Assembly: GCA_963762745.1 (NCBI GenBank)
Contig: CAVXMB010000007.1
Span: 168,653 to 232,652 of the forward strand
Length of the DNA: 64,000 nucleotides
Source: an uncultured Actinomycetota bacterium
GTDB taxonomy: Bacteria > Actinomycetota > UBA4738 > HRBIN12
Direction of reading: 5' to 3'
The translations under genes and the position numbers were made by a program. How positions within the stretch are numbered: the first letter of the stretch is position 1; each line of letters opens with the position of its first letter. Under the pieces are notes generated by a model, which was not told the origin of the DNA, ran no database searches, and worked only from the letters and a program-made list of their open reading frames with translations. Of the stretch, positions 1 through 10,563 are shown piece by piece.

Positions 1-1723
<1,723 letters not shown>

Positions 1724-1733
1724 TGGTGGTTCT

Positions 1734-2961
1734 TCAGGCGCGTTCGGCGAGCGCGCTCACGATCCGCTCGAGCGCCCACTCCAGGTCTCCACGGGACACC
1801 ACCAGTGGCGGCGCCAGCCGAACGGTCGTCTCCTGGGTGTCCTTCGCGAGCACGCCGAGCTCCAGCAGGCGCTCACAGACCGCGCGCGCGGGCGCGGCCT
1901 CGGGCGTGAGTTCGATGCCGAACCACAGGCCGCGCCCGCGCACCTCGCTCACCGACGTGGGCGCCTCCTCGCGCAGCCGTTGGAGGAACCACGCTCCCAG
2001 GTCCTTCGAGCGCCGCTGGTACTCGCCGGTCCGTAGGAGCGCGAGCACCTCCAACCCGACCGCGCACGCGATGGGGTTCCCTCCGAACGTGCTCCCGTGC
2101 TCGCCCGGTCTGAAGACGCCCAAGCACGTCGGCACGCGAGACCACCGCCGAGACCGGGAGGATCCCGCCGCCGAGCGCCTTCCCCAGGATGTAGACGTCG
2201 GGCTTCACGCCTTCGTGATCGCAGGCGAACGTCGTCCCGGTCCGCCCCAGGCCCGCTTGGATCTCATCTGCCAGGAGGAGGACGTTGCGTTCGGTGCAGA
2301 GCCGCCGCGCTTCGCGGAGATATCCCTGGGGCGGGATCCGGACGCCGGCCTCGCCCTGGATCGGCTCGATGAGGAACGCGACGACGTCGGGGTCCTCGAG
2401 CGCGGTCGCCAGCGCGTCGGCATCACCGAACGGGACCGACACGAACCCCGGCGTGAACGGGCCGAAGCCCGTCGTGGCCGACGGATCGGAGGAGAACCCG
2501 ACGATCGTGATCGTCCTGCCGTGGAAGTTCCCGTCGCACACGACGATCTTCGCGCGCCCCTCGGGCACGCCCTTGACGTCGTAGCCCCATCGCCGCGCGG
2601 TCTTCAGGGCGGTCTCGACCGCTTCGGCACCGGAGTTCATGGGGAGCACCATGTCCATGGCGCAGAGCTCGGCGAGCTCCTGACAGAACGGGCCGAGTCG
2701 ATCGTGGTGGAACGCCCGGGAGGTGAGCGTGAGGAGGTCGAGCTGCGCCTTGGCCGCGCCGATCAAGGCCGGGTGTCGATGCCCGAAGTTCAGTGCGGAG
2801 TAGGCAGACAGCATGTCGAGGTATCGCTTGCCCTCGACGTCGGTCACCCACGCGCCCTCGGCCTCGGACACGACGACGGGGAGCGGGTGGTAGTTGTGCG
2901 CGGTGTGTTGCTCGGCGAGCGCGATCAGCTCGGCCGTCAGGAGTCCACTCTCGGTCTTCAT
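1734..2961 (-). pseudogene. rocD: class-III aminotransferase (ornithine/acetylornithine aminotransferase-like), split by a +1 frameshift near 2114-2120
   Basis: The N-terminal part (ORF 1873..3003; [11 protein letters not shown]...[23 protein letters not shown]) and the C-terminal part (ORF 1734..2135; [20 protein letters not shown]...) lie in adjacent frames. One extra base in ctt ggg C gtc ttc breaks the frame. The likely start is ATG 2961 with an upstream GAGAGGA. Confidence 0.7.
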
Positions 2962-3027
2962 GCGTCGCATCCTCTCACTCGCGGCGCATATGAGTTCTCC
3001 CACGACCGCCTCGATCGCCGACTCGCG

Positions 3028-3789
3028 TCAGGGCCGTTCGAGCATGTCCTCCATCTCGGTGATGAACGCCCGGGTCTCCGCGACGGTCGCGGATCCATCG
3101 GACGGATCGTCGTCCCATCGCCGGTCACGCCAGGCGAGCGCGCGATCGATCAGGTGCGACCATCGTGGGAACTCGCGTTGGATCCTGGCGCCGGCTCGGC
3201 GTTTCGACAGCCGTTCCCCGAACCGGAGAGCGGCGACCCCTCGGCACATCGTGAGGATCGCATACGACTGGGAACGGGCCGAGGCATCGTCGTCGAATCG
3301 GTCCCGGAACCCGGCCAGATACTTCCGCACCTCATCGAGGTACTCCGCCTCGGGGATCGGCGGCACGAGCGAGTCGAGGGGAGGCCCTTCGAGGGAGATC
3401 CCGTCCCGTCTCGCCGGGTACCAGTCGAGGAGGAAGTCGCGGCCGGCCTCGAGGACGTGCAGCGGCTCACCGGGGCTGATCCTGGCGATCATGGTGGTGT
3501 CCGTCCTGCAGTCGGCGAGCCCGCGTACCGAGACGTAGTCGACTTCGATCCGGTCGTTCCATTCCGGGTGCTCCTCGGCCAGTCGATCGTGCATCTCCCT
3601 GAGTTGGGATACGAGTTGCTCGTCCGGAACCTCGGTGAGCGCGGCGATCAAGTCGAGGTCGCTGACGTCTGGTTCGAAGTCACCCGTCGCGAGCGAGCCG
3701 TAGACGAACAGACCGACGAGAGAAGGCCCGATCGTGTCCTCGATCGCGTCCCGAACGACGCCAACGATCGGATACGCGCTCGGATCCAC
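3028..3789 (-). CDS. nucleotidyltransferase, AadA/ANT(3'')-like (NTase domain plus C-terminal DUF4111-like region)
   Basis: GSLATGDFEPDVSDLDLIA nucleotidyltransferase motif and a size of about 254-267 aa, like aminoglycoside adenylyltransferases. The start could be GTG 3789 or ATG 3831. Confidence 0.65.
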   Translation of the reverse strand: MDPSAYPIVGVVRDAIEDTIGPSLVGLFVYGSLATGDFEPDVSDLDLIAALTEVPDEQLVSQLREMHDRLAEEHPEWNDRIEVDYVSVRGLADCRTDTTMIARISPGEPLHVLEAGRDFLLDWYPARRDGISLEGPPLDSLVPPIPEAEYLDEVRKYLAGFRDRFDDDASARSQSYAILTMCRGVAALRFGERLSKRRAGARIQREFPRWSHLIDRALAWRDRRWDDDPSDGSATVAETRAFITEMEDMLERP

Positions 3790-3799
3790 ATCCAGCGGG

Positions 3800-4042
3800 T
3801 TACCCCGTGTAGCCCTCGACGGTCCGCGCATCGCGGACGCTCGTGTCGTCGGGGTCCTGGCCGGCAGCCCTCCTGGCCCGTCGCTGGTGCAGTAGGTCCC
3901 AACACTGGTCGAGGGTGACGGCGAGCTCCTTCAGCCGTTCCTGCTCGGCGTCCGTCGCCTCGCCCCGGCCTTCCTTCTCCCAGAGCGCGTGCTCCTCGTG
4001 TGCGATCTCGTTGATCCGTCCGATCACCTGCTGATCATCCAC
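3800..4042 (-). CDS. DUF2630 family small protein (80 aa)
   Basis: MDDQQVIGRINEIAHEEHALW... GTG start with a GGAGGG SD 7 nt upstream. Confidence 0.65.
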   Translation of the reverse strand: MDDQQVIGRINEIAHEEHALWEKEGRGEATDAEQERLKELAVTLDQCWDLLHQRRARRAAGQDPDDTSVRDARTVEGYTG

Positions 4043-4060
4043 GTCGTTCCCTCCGCTGGC

Positions 4061-4076
4061 TCGAATAAGACTTCGA
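4061..4076. promoter_or_regulatory. degenerate LexA-like box TCGAAT-AAGA-CTTCGA
   Basis: 10/12 matches to TCGAAC-N4-GTTCGA with correct spacing, 19 nt upstream of the DUF2630 start on the minus strand. Confidence 0.3.
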
Positions 4077-4114
4077 TCTTGTACGTCACGGTAACGCCAC
4101 CGCGACGCGAGTGC

Positions 4115-4678
4115 TTACCGTTCCCCGATCGCGTGCCAGAACCGCTCCAAGCGAGAGGTGATGTCCACATCGTCGGACAACGCTCCGATGTATGCATTTC
4201 GTCCCTGGGCCGCGCGCATCGGTTCCGTTCTGATCGTCCGGGACGAAGAGCTTGCCGTGGCAACATTCGACCGCCTGAGGAAATCGGCTCGCAGCTCGAG
4301 GACTTCGTCGGCTGTCATCGCATCTGCGGATATCCCCCGCGATCCCAACCAATCCAAAGCATCGCGGTGATACTGAAGGAGGGCCGCCGCCGTTCCTCCC
4401 GGAAACACTTGACGGAGTTCGGCATGCCATAGATTCAGGCCCAGCGCGAGGTTCGAAGTTGTCAAGAGCCCGCGATGACCGGCCATGGAGGAGGTGAGCT
4501 CGAGGGCGATCGGAACCGTTCGCCTCGAGCCCTTGAACAGCGCTACCTCCCCGAGCACCCGTCCCCCGTCGCCCAAAAGGAAGGCGTGGACCGATCCATC
4601 AGGATTCTGGATCGTGGTCGCCTCCTCGAAGCCGAGTTCGCGGAAGGCGTTGTAGCCCGCTGCGAGTTGCGGTGGCAC
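4115..4678 (-). CDS. hypothetical protein (187 aa), possibly GNAT-like
   Basis: Single ORF with no confident motif. GC is about 60% and GC3 bias is weaker than in neighbouring core genes. Confidence 0.45.
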   Translation of the reverse strand: MPPQLAAGYNAFRELGFEEATTIQNPDGSVHAFLLGDGGRVLGEVALFKGSRRTVPIALELTSSMAGHRGLLTTSNLALGLNLWHAELRQVFPGGTAAALLQYHRDALDWLGSRGISADAMTADEVLELRADFLRRSNVATASSSSRTIRTEPMRAAQGRNAYIGALSDDVDITSRLERFWHAIGER

Positions 4679-4696
4679 AGTGACCCGCTCCGGGTG

Positions 4697-4849
4697 TTAC
4701 GCCTGTGATGTCTGCTTGGCGAGGCGGTGACCGAGTCGCCACCGATCGAGCGGCATGGAGATGTAGTAGCTGATGAATACCAGTACGCCGAGGACGATCA
4801 CGCCGAAGAGCATCAGGCCGGCTCGCGTATCGAACAGGAACTCGGTCAC
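4697..4849 (-). CDS. small membrane protein (38-50 aa), not in the ORF track
   Basis: Minus-frame ORF ...VTEFLFDTRAGLMLFGVIVLGVLVFISYYISMPLDRWRLGHRLAKQTSQA* with high GC3 (about 80%) typical of the genome. The overlapping plus-strand ORF 4727..4936 has poor GC3. Possible starts are GTG 4849 or ATG 4813. One transmembrane helix. Confidence 0.45.
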   Translation of the reverse strand: MTEFLFDTRAGLMLFGVIVLGVLVFISYYISMPLDRWRLGHRLAKQTSQA

Positions 4850-4962
4850 GGGGATGAAGGTACTCGGGGAGGTTCGGCCGCGGTGAGAACGCGGAAGAGG
4901 CAGTTCGACGGGTTGACCACCCAGGGATCCATCTAGACAGCGAGGATGACAGAGCCCTAGTA

Positions 4963-4978
4963 TCGAACAGGTGTTCGA
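4963..4978. promoter_or_regulatory. LexA (SOS) box TCGAAC-AGGT-GTTCGA (perfect palindrome)
   Basis: Exact match to the mycobacterial/actinobacterial LexA operator, overlapping the GTG start (4971) of dnaE2. Confidence 0.75.
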
Positions 4979-7900
4979 TACCGGTGGTTTCGTCCATCTC
5001 GACGTCCGGTCCGCCTTCTCCCTGAAGGAGGGCGCGTTCGTGCCCGAGCATCTCGCCGCGCTCGCGGCGGAGAGGGGGATGCAGGCCGTGGCGCTCACCG
5101 ACCGGAACGGCCTCTACGGCGCCGCCCGGTTCGTCGCCGCCTGTGAACACGAGGGGATCCGACCGATCCTCGGCGCTTCGCTCACGATCCGCGAGCGAGG
5201 CCGGGACGCGCCGCTCGTGCTGCTCGCGCAGGACGAGCGGGGGTACGCCAACCTCTGCCGCCTCATCACCGACGCGCACATGCTGGGGGAGCGCGGGGAT
5301 CCCTCGATCACCGCGACCCAGGTCTGCGCCCACGCCGCCGGCCTCATCGCGCTCGCCGGCCCGCGTTCGCACGCGGGCCGGCTCGCCGTCCAGGGCTCGA
5401 CGGACGCAGCCGCCGCCGCGCTCCACCCGTTCCGGGAAGCGTTCGGCCGCGAACGGGTCTACGTCGTCGCCGAACATCGGATGGAGCGCGACTCGAACGG
5501 GGAGATCCGTTCGATGCTCCGCCTCGCCGAGCGGGCGGGCGTCCGCGCCGTCGCCACCAACCCCGTCCGCTACCTCGTGCCCGAGGACGCGTTCCTCGCC
5601 GACGCGCTCGAGTGCATGCGCCGGATCGTTCCCATCGGAGCGAACCACGTCTCCCGCAGCAACGCCGAAGGATGGCTGAAGCCCGCCGAGGCGATGCGCC
5701 TGCTGTTCGCCGAACGGCCCGACCTGTGCGACGCGACCCTGGAGATCGCCGACTCGTGTCGCTTCGACCTGGGGCTGAAGCAGGTTCACTTCCCGGATTT
5801 CCCGACGCCGGCCGGGCGCAGCGCAGACGCGATGTTGGCCGAGCGCTGCTGGGCCGGCGTCTACGACCGCGGGATGACCGAGGACGAGCGGCTCCGCGAG
5901 CGGATCCACCTCGAGCTCTCGATGATCCGGCGGATGGGCTACGCGGCGTTCTTCCTCACGGTCGCCGACATCGTCGCGGACATCCGCGCGATGGGGATCC
6001 ACGTGGCATGTCGCGGTTCGGCCGCCGGCTCGCTCGTGTGCTACCTCCTGCGGATCTCCGATGTGGACGCTCTCCGGCACGACCTCTCGTTCGAGCGCTT
6101 CCTGAACCCGATGCGCGATGAGCTCCCGGACATCGACGTCGACGTGGAATCCGCGCGGCGCGAGGACGTCTACGACATGGTGCTCTCGCGCCACGGCGAC
6201 GAGCGCACCGGGTGCGTCGCGATGATCGACACCTACCGGGCGCGCGCCGCGGTCCGCGAGGTCGGCAAAGCGCTCGGCCTCCCGGAGGTCGAGGTCGGGA
6301 TGGTCGCGAAGTCGTTCCCGCACATCTCGGCGCGGCACATCCGGGAGGCGCTCACGCACCTCCCGGAACTCGAAGGGATCAACCTCCCGATGGCCCAGCT
6401 GGAGCTGTTGTTCCGCGTCGCCGAGCGCCTGGACGGTTTCCCACGTCACATCGCGCTGCATCCCTGCGGGATCGTGCTGTCCTCCCACGACCTGGCCGAC
6501 CGCGTGCCGCTGGAGCGCTCCGCGAACGGGCACCGGATGATCCAGGCCGACAAGGACGACGTGGAGCTCCTCGGGTACCTGAAGCTCGACGTGCTCGGCG
6601 TCCGGATGCTGTCGTCGATGCGGCACGCGATGGATGAGATCGCGCGGACGATGGGGGAGAAGCTCGACCTCGAGCGGATCCCGCTCGACGACGAGACCAC
6701 GTTCGAGATGATCCGGGACTCCGACACCCTCGGGTGCTTCCAGATCGAGTCACCCGGCCAGCGCGAGCTGCTGCAGAAGCTCCAGCCGAGCCGATGGGAG
6801 GACCTGATCGTCGACATCTCCCTGTTCCGGCCCGGACCGGTGAAGTCCGACATGATCACGCCCTACCTCCGTCGCCGCGCCCAGCTGGAGCCGCCGGTGT
6901 ACATCCATCCCGACGTGCGACCCGCGCTGCGCGAGACGTTCGGCGTCATCGTCTACCACGAGCAGGTGATGCGAACGCTCGCCGCGATCGCCGGTTGGGA
7001 TCTCACGTACGCCGATCACGTGCGCCGTCATCTCGATCACGAGGAGCTCGTGCCCGGGTTCCGTGAGGAGTTCCTCCGGCGCGCGGCGGAACGGGATGTC
7101 GATGCCCGTGCTGCCGAGACGACGTGGGACGCCGTCGCGCAATTCGCCTCCTTCGGCTTCTGCAAGGCGCATGCGGCGGCGTTCGCCGTGCCGACGTATC
7201 GGAGCGCCTGGTTGAAGGCGCACTACCCGGCGCACTTCATGGCCGGGATCCTCACGCACGACCCCGGGATGTACCCACGGCGGGCGCTCTTGGACGACGC
7301 GCGCCGGCACGGCATCCCGATCCTGCCGCTGGACGTGAACGTGAGCGAGCCCGAGTACACGGCAGAAGAGGTGGGGGGGGAGGGATACGGCATCCGTTTG
7401 GGGCTCCAGGACGTCCATGGGATCTCCGACGCGGAGGTCCGCTCGATCCTGATGGCTCGCGCGGAGAAGCCGTTCGCGACCGTGGAGGACTTCCTCGCCA
7501 GGACCTCGGTGGCCAGGCCGGTGGTGGAGGCGCTCGCGCACGCCGGTGCCTTCGACGGTCTCCCGGGAACGCGCACCAACCGCCGCGGGCATCTCTTCGA
7601 GGCGATCACGACCGAAGTGGCACGCGAAGGTGATCAGCTCCGGCTGCCATCCGTACGCGAGCGTGACCGACCACCGCGCAGCTCGATTCGCCTTCCAGAA
7701 CTACAGCGACGCCGAGGTCGTGCGGGCGGAGCTCGAAGTGCTCGGGCTGGATGCGACCCGGCACATCGCGACCTTCTACGAACCGCTGTTCCGCGACCTC
7801 GGTGTGACGTATTCGAAGGACGTCTGGCGATGCAGGGCCGACGAGTGGGTGATGGTGGCGGGGGTGAAGGTCGCCTCGCAGACGCCGGCGATCCGCAGCG

Positions 7901-8202
7901 GCCAGCGGATCATCTTCCTCACCCTCGACGACGGGACCGGTCCGCTCGAGGTCACGGTCTTCGAATCGGTGCAACCGAAGGTCGCCAAGACGGTCTTCCA
8001 TGCCTTCGCGATGGTGGTGTGGGGTCAGGTCCGCAGGACCGGGCGGAAGGGGGTGAGCGTCGTCGCGGAGGACGTCTGGGATCTGACGGCGCTGCATCGG
8101 GCCCGCGCCGACGGCTCGCTCCGCGAGGCGATGGCCGGGCCCGTGCAGCCGCGGAGCCCGGACCGGCGGCTCTGGCACGCGAGTCCCGGCTCGGCAGGCT
8201 GA
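4971..8202 (+). CDS. dnaE2: error-prone DNA polymerase DnaE2 (ImuC), frame interrupted by a +1 shift at about 7645-7685
   Basis: PHP-domain N-terminus FVHLDVRSAFSLKEGA; an intact alpha-subunit body in frame 0; the OB-fold C-terminus (VMVAGVKVASQTPAIRSGQRIIFLTLDDGTGPLEVTVFE...) continues in frame 1 (ORF 7546..8202). A LexA box sits at the start. Confidence 0.85.
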
Positions 8203-8220
8203 TGGGCTCCGCGGGATGAT

Positions 8221-9405
8221 GTGGTCGTGAGCCGCAGGCCACCCGAGCCGATCCTGCACGTCGATCTCGATGCGTTCTACGCATCGGTCGCGATCCTGAA
8301 GGACCCGTCCTTGAAGGGGAAACCGGTGATCGTGGGCGGGACCGGCGCGCGCGGGGTCGTCACGAGCGCCTCCTACGAGGCGAGGCGATACGGGGTCCAC
8401 AGCGCGATGCCGTCGGTCCGCGCGCGCCGGTTGTGCCCGGACGGGATCTTCCTTCCCCCGGACTTCGACGCCTATCGCGTGCATTCGAACCGCTTCCGGG
8501 AGGTCCTGCTCGCCCACACCCCGCTCGTCGAGCCGATCTCCATGGACGAGGCGTTCCTGGACGTCGCCGGCGCCGTCGTCCTGTTCGGCTCGCCCGAGAC
8601 GATCGCGAAGAGGATCCGTCGTGAGGTCGCCCGAGAGGTCGGGATCACCTGCTCGGTCGGGGTCGCGCCGACCAAGTTCGTGGCGAAGCTCGCCTCCGAC
8701 GGATGCAAGCCCGACGGGCTGCTCCACGTGCCGCGAGAGGAGGTCGCGAGCTTCCTCGAACCGCTGGCCGTGGGACGGCTCTGGGGTGTGGGGGAGAAGA
8801 CCGGGGAGCTGTTGGGGCGCTTGGCGATCCGGACCGTGGGAGATCTGGGCCGGACCCCGGCGACGATCCTCGAGCGGCTCCTCGGCGAGGCGGCGGCCAG
8901 ACATCTCGCCGCCCTGGCGAACGGGGTCGACGACCGACCGGTCGTCCCGTACGAGCTACCGAAGTCCATCGGTCACGAGGAGACGTTCGATCGGGACCTC
9001 GACGACGAGGAAGAGATCCTGCGCGAGCTGCTGTCGCTCTCCGGCCGTGTTGCGGCTCGTCTCCGAGAAGACGGGTACCGATCGAGGACGGTCACGCTGA
9101 AGGTCCGGCTCGCGAATTTCACGACCCTGAGCCGTTCGCGGACACAGGCCGACCCCACCGATCTCGGCGCCGATCTCCATCGGATCGTCTCCGAGCTGTA
9201 CCGGGCGTTGCCGGGAACGACGCGCCGGGTCCGGCTGCTGGGCGTCCAGGCAGGGGGCCTGGTCTCGGCCGGAGCGCATCAGCTGGCGCTCCTCCGCAGC
9301 GATCACTGGGACGACGTGGAGCGCACGGTCGACCGCATCGAGCGCCGTTTCGGTCCAGGCACGGCCGGACCCGCGAGCCTCCTCGGCCGGTCTCCTCGCC
9401 GGTAG
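8221..9405 (+). CDS. dinB: Y-family DNA polymerase IV (DinB-type, catalytic residues present)
   Basis: ILHVDLDAFYASV... SYEARRYGVHSAMP... ISMDEAFLDV: the DxD and DE carboxylates are present. It starts 18 nt after the dnaE2 stop. Confidence 0.8.
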   Translation: MVVSRRPPEPILHVDLDAFYASVAILKDPSLKGKPVIVGGTGARGVVTSASYEARRYGVHSAMPSVRARRLCPDGIFLPPDFDAYRVHSNRFREVLLAHTPLVEPISMDEAFLDVAGAVVLFGSPETIAKRIRREVAREVGITCSVGVAPTKFVAKLASDGCKPDGLLHVPREEVASFLEPLAVGRLWGVGEKTGELLGRLAIRTVGDLGRTPATILERLLGEAAARHLAALANGVDDRPVVPYELPKSIGHEETFDRDLDDEEEILRELLSLSGRVAARLREDGYRSRTVTLKVRLANFTTLSRSRTQADPTDLGADLHRIVSELYRALPGTTRRVRLLGVQAGGLVSAGAHQLALLRSDHWDDVERTVDRIERRFGPGTAGPASLLGRSPRR

Positions 9406-9424
9406 GTTCCGTTCAGTCGGAACC
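9405..9424 (+). terminator. hairpin GGTTCCG-ttcagt-CGGAACC overlapping the dinB stop
   Basis: 7-bp perfect stem with a 6-nt loop and no U-tract (typical for high-GC genomes). Confidence 0.3.
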
Positions 9425-9430
9425 CCTCTC

Positions 9431-9436
9431 TATAAT
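9431..9436 (+). promoter_or_regulatory. perfect -10 hexamer TATAAT upstream of the DUF3040 gene
   Basis: The only TATAAT in an otherwise GC-rich intergenic region, 43 nt upstream of ATG 9479. Confidence 0.3.
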
Positions 9437-9478
9437 CGTGGGGAGAAACGGGTCGTTCCCCCACGACCGGAGGTCGCG

Positions 9479-9838
9479 ATGCCCCTCAACGAGAACGAGC
9501 AGAAGATCCTCGAGGAGATCGAGCGACGACTCTCGGAGGAAGATCCGAGGCTCGTCGAACACGTCAATCGCACGGACCTCCACACGCACGCCTGGCGCCG
9601 GATGAAGATGGCGATCGCAGGGTTCGTTCTCGGCCTGCTGCTGCTGCTGGCCGTCGCCGTCTCCGTCTGGATCGCGGCCGGAGGATTCGTCCTGATGACG
9701 TTGTCGGCGTTGCTCGCGTATCGCTACGCCGGCCGTCTGGGCGACGACAACGTCGCCCCGGGGTCGTTCGGCAGGATCGCCGCTCGCGTCGCCGGGCGTT
9801 TGCGTCCTCCGGCGCCGCGTCGTCCCACCGACGAGTGA
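9479..9838 (+). CDS. DUF3040 family small membrane protein
   Basis: MPLNENEQKILEEIERRLSEEDPRL... followed by two transmembrane segments. A GGAGG SD is upstream. Confidence 0.75.
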   Translation: MPLNENEQKILEEIERRLSEEDPRLVEHVNRTDLHTHAWRRMKMAIAGFVLGLLLLLAVAVSVWIAAGGFVLMTLSALLAYRYAGRLGDDNVAPGSFGRIAARVAGRLRPPAPRRPTDE

Positions 9839-9989
9839 TCACGGATCCGCGCCGATGCGCGCGCGAACCGCTCGTCGATCACACCGTCTGACCACCGCGC
9901 TTGCCACGACTTCACCGATGGGTGTACAACGTGCACTCCTTCCCCTGGGTGCGAGTTGTCGCCGGAGGGCGGGTCTCCCAGGAGAACCC

Positions 9990-10544
9990 GTGACGGTCGC
10001 GCCGGATGGTTCGAGTCGTGAGGTGTGGATCGAAAGGGCGCGCGTCCGGATGGAGGGTTTCACCGCGCATCAAGCGTGCAAGTTCACGGGTTGTTCGGCA
10101 CGTCAGCTCCGCTACTGGGATGAGATCGGGCTCGTCCAGCCGTCGGTCCAGGGCACGGGGGGCCGGCCGGGCGTGCCGCGTCTCTATTCGTTCCGAGATC
10201 TCGTCGCTCTTCGCGTCGTGAAGTCGCTGCTGGACGGCGGCATGTCGCTCCAGCGGGTCCGCCGATCTTGGGAGTTCCTGACGAAGAAGGCCGGGCTCAC
10301 GAAGCATCTCTCCGAGGTGAAGCTCGTGACCGACGGACAGTCGATCTTCAAGATCTGTCGCCGCGACGGGGAAGTGATGGACGCCCTGCGGGACGGACAG
10401 ATGGCCTTCTTCGTCGCGATCGACGACATCGCGACGGGTGTGGAGACGCGGGTTCGGCAGTTCGAGGAGGACCGGGAGAAGTTCGTCCGCGCCTTGCGGG
10501 CAGCTGCGGCGCAGACGGCGACGTCCCGCACCGCCGTCCGCTGA
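9990..10544 (+). CDS. MerR family transcriptional regulator
   Basis: HTH segment FTAHQACKFTGCSARQLRYWDEIGLVQP...RLYSFRDLVALRVV. GTG 9990 has an AGGAGA SD; the alternative start is ATG 10050. Confidence 0.75.
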   Translation: MTVAPDGSSREVWIERARVRMEGFTAHQACKFTGCSARQLRYWDEIGLVQPSVQGTGGRPGVPRLYSFRDLVALRVVKSLLDGGMSLQRVRRSWEFLTKKAGLTKHLSEVKLVTDGQSIFKICRRDGEVMDALRDGQMAFFVAIDDIATGVETRVRQFEEDREKFVRALRAAAAQTATSRTAVR

Positions 10545-10563
10545 GGTTCGTCCGCTGAGGTTC
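10536..10563. repeat. perfect 14-nt tandem direct repeat (GTCCGCTGAGGTTC)x2 spanning the convergent stop codons of the MerR and transglutaminase genes
   Basis: Read directly from the sequence. Confidence 0.6.

Noticed and set aside
4838-4856. TCGAAC-AGGA-ACTCGG, which resembles a LexA half-site
   Set aside because: The second arm does not match GTTCGA. It is simply the coding sequence of the small membrane ORF.
4727-4936. 69-aa acidic plus-strand ORF upstream of dnaE2
   Set aside because: Poor third-position GC, whereas the overlapping minus-strand small membrane ORF has genome-typical GC3. The minus ORF was preferred.
4599-6626. 675-aa minus-strand ORF
   Set aside because: Antisense to dnaE2, with no domain features.
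8221-9405. Interpretation of the Y-family gene as imuB
   Set aside because: DxD (DLD) and the DE pair (MDEAF) are intact, and the protein is 394 aa with no long ImuB-type C-terminal extension. DinB-type is more likely.
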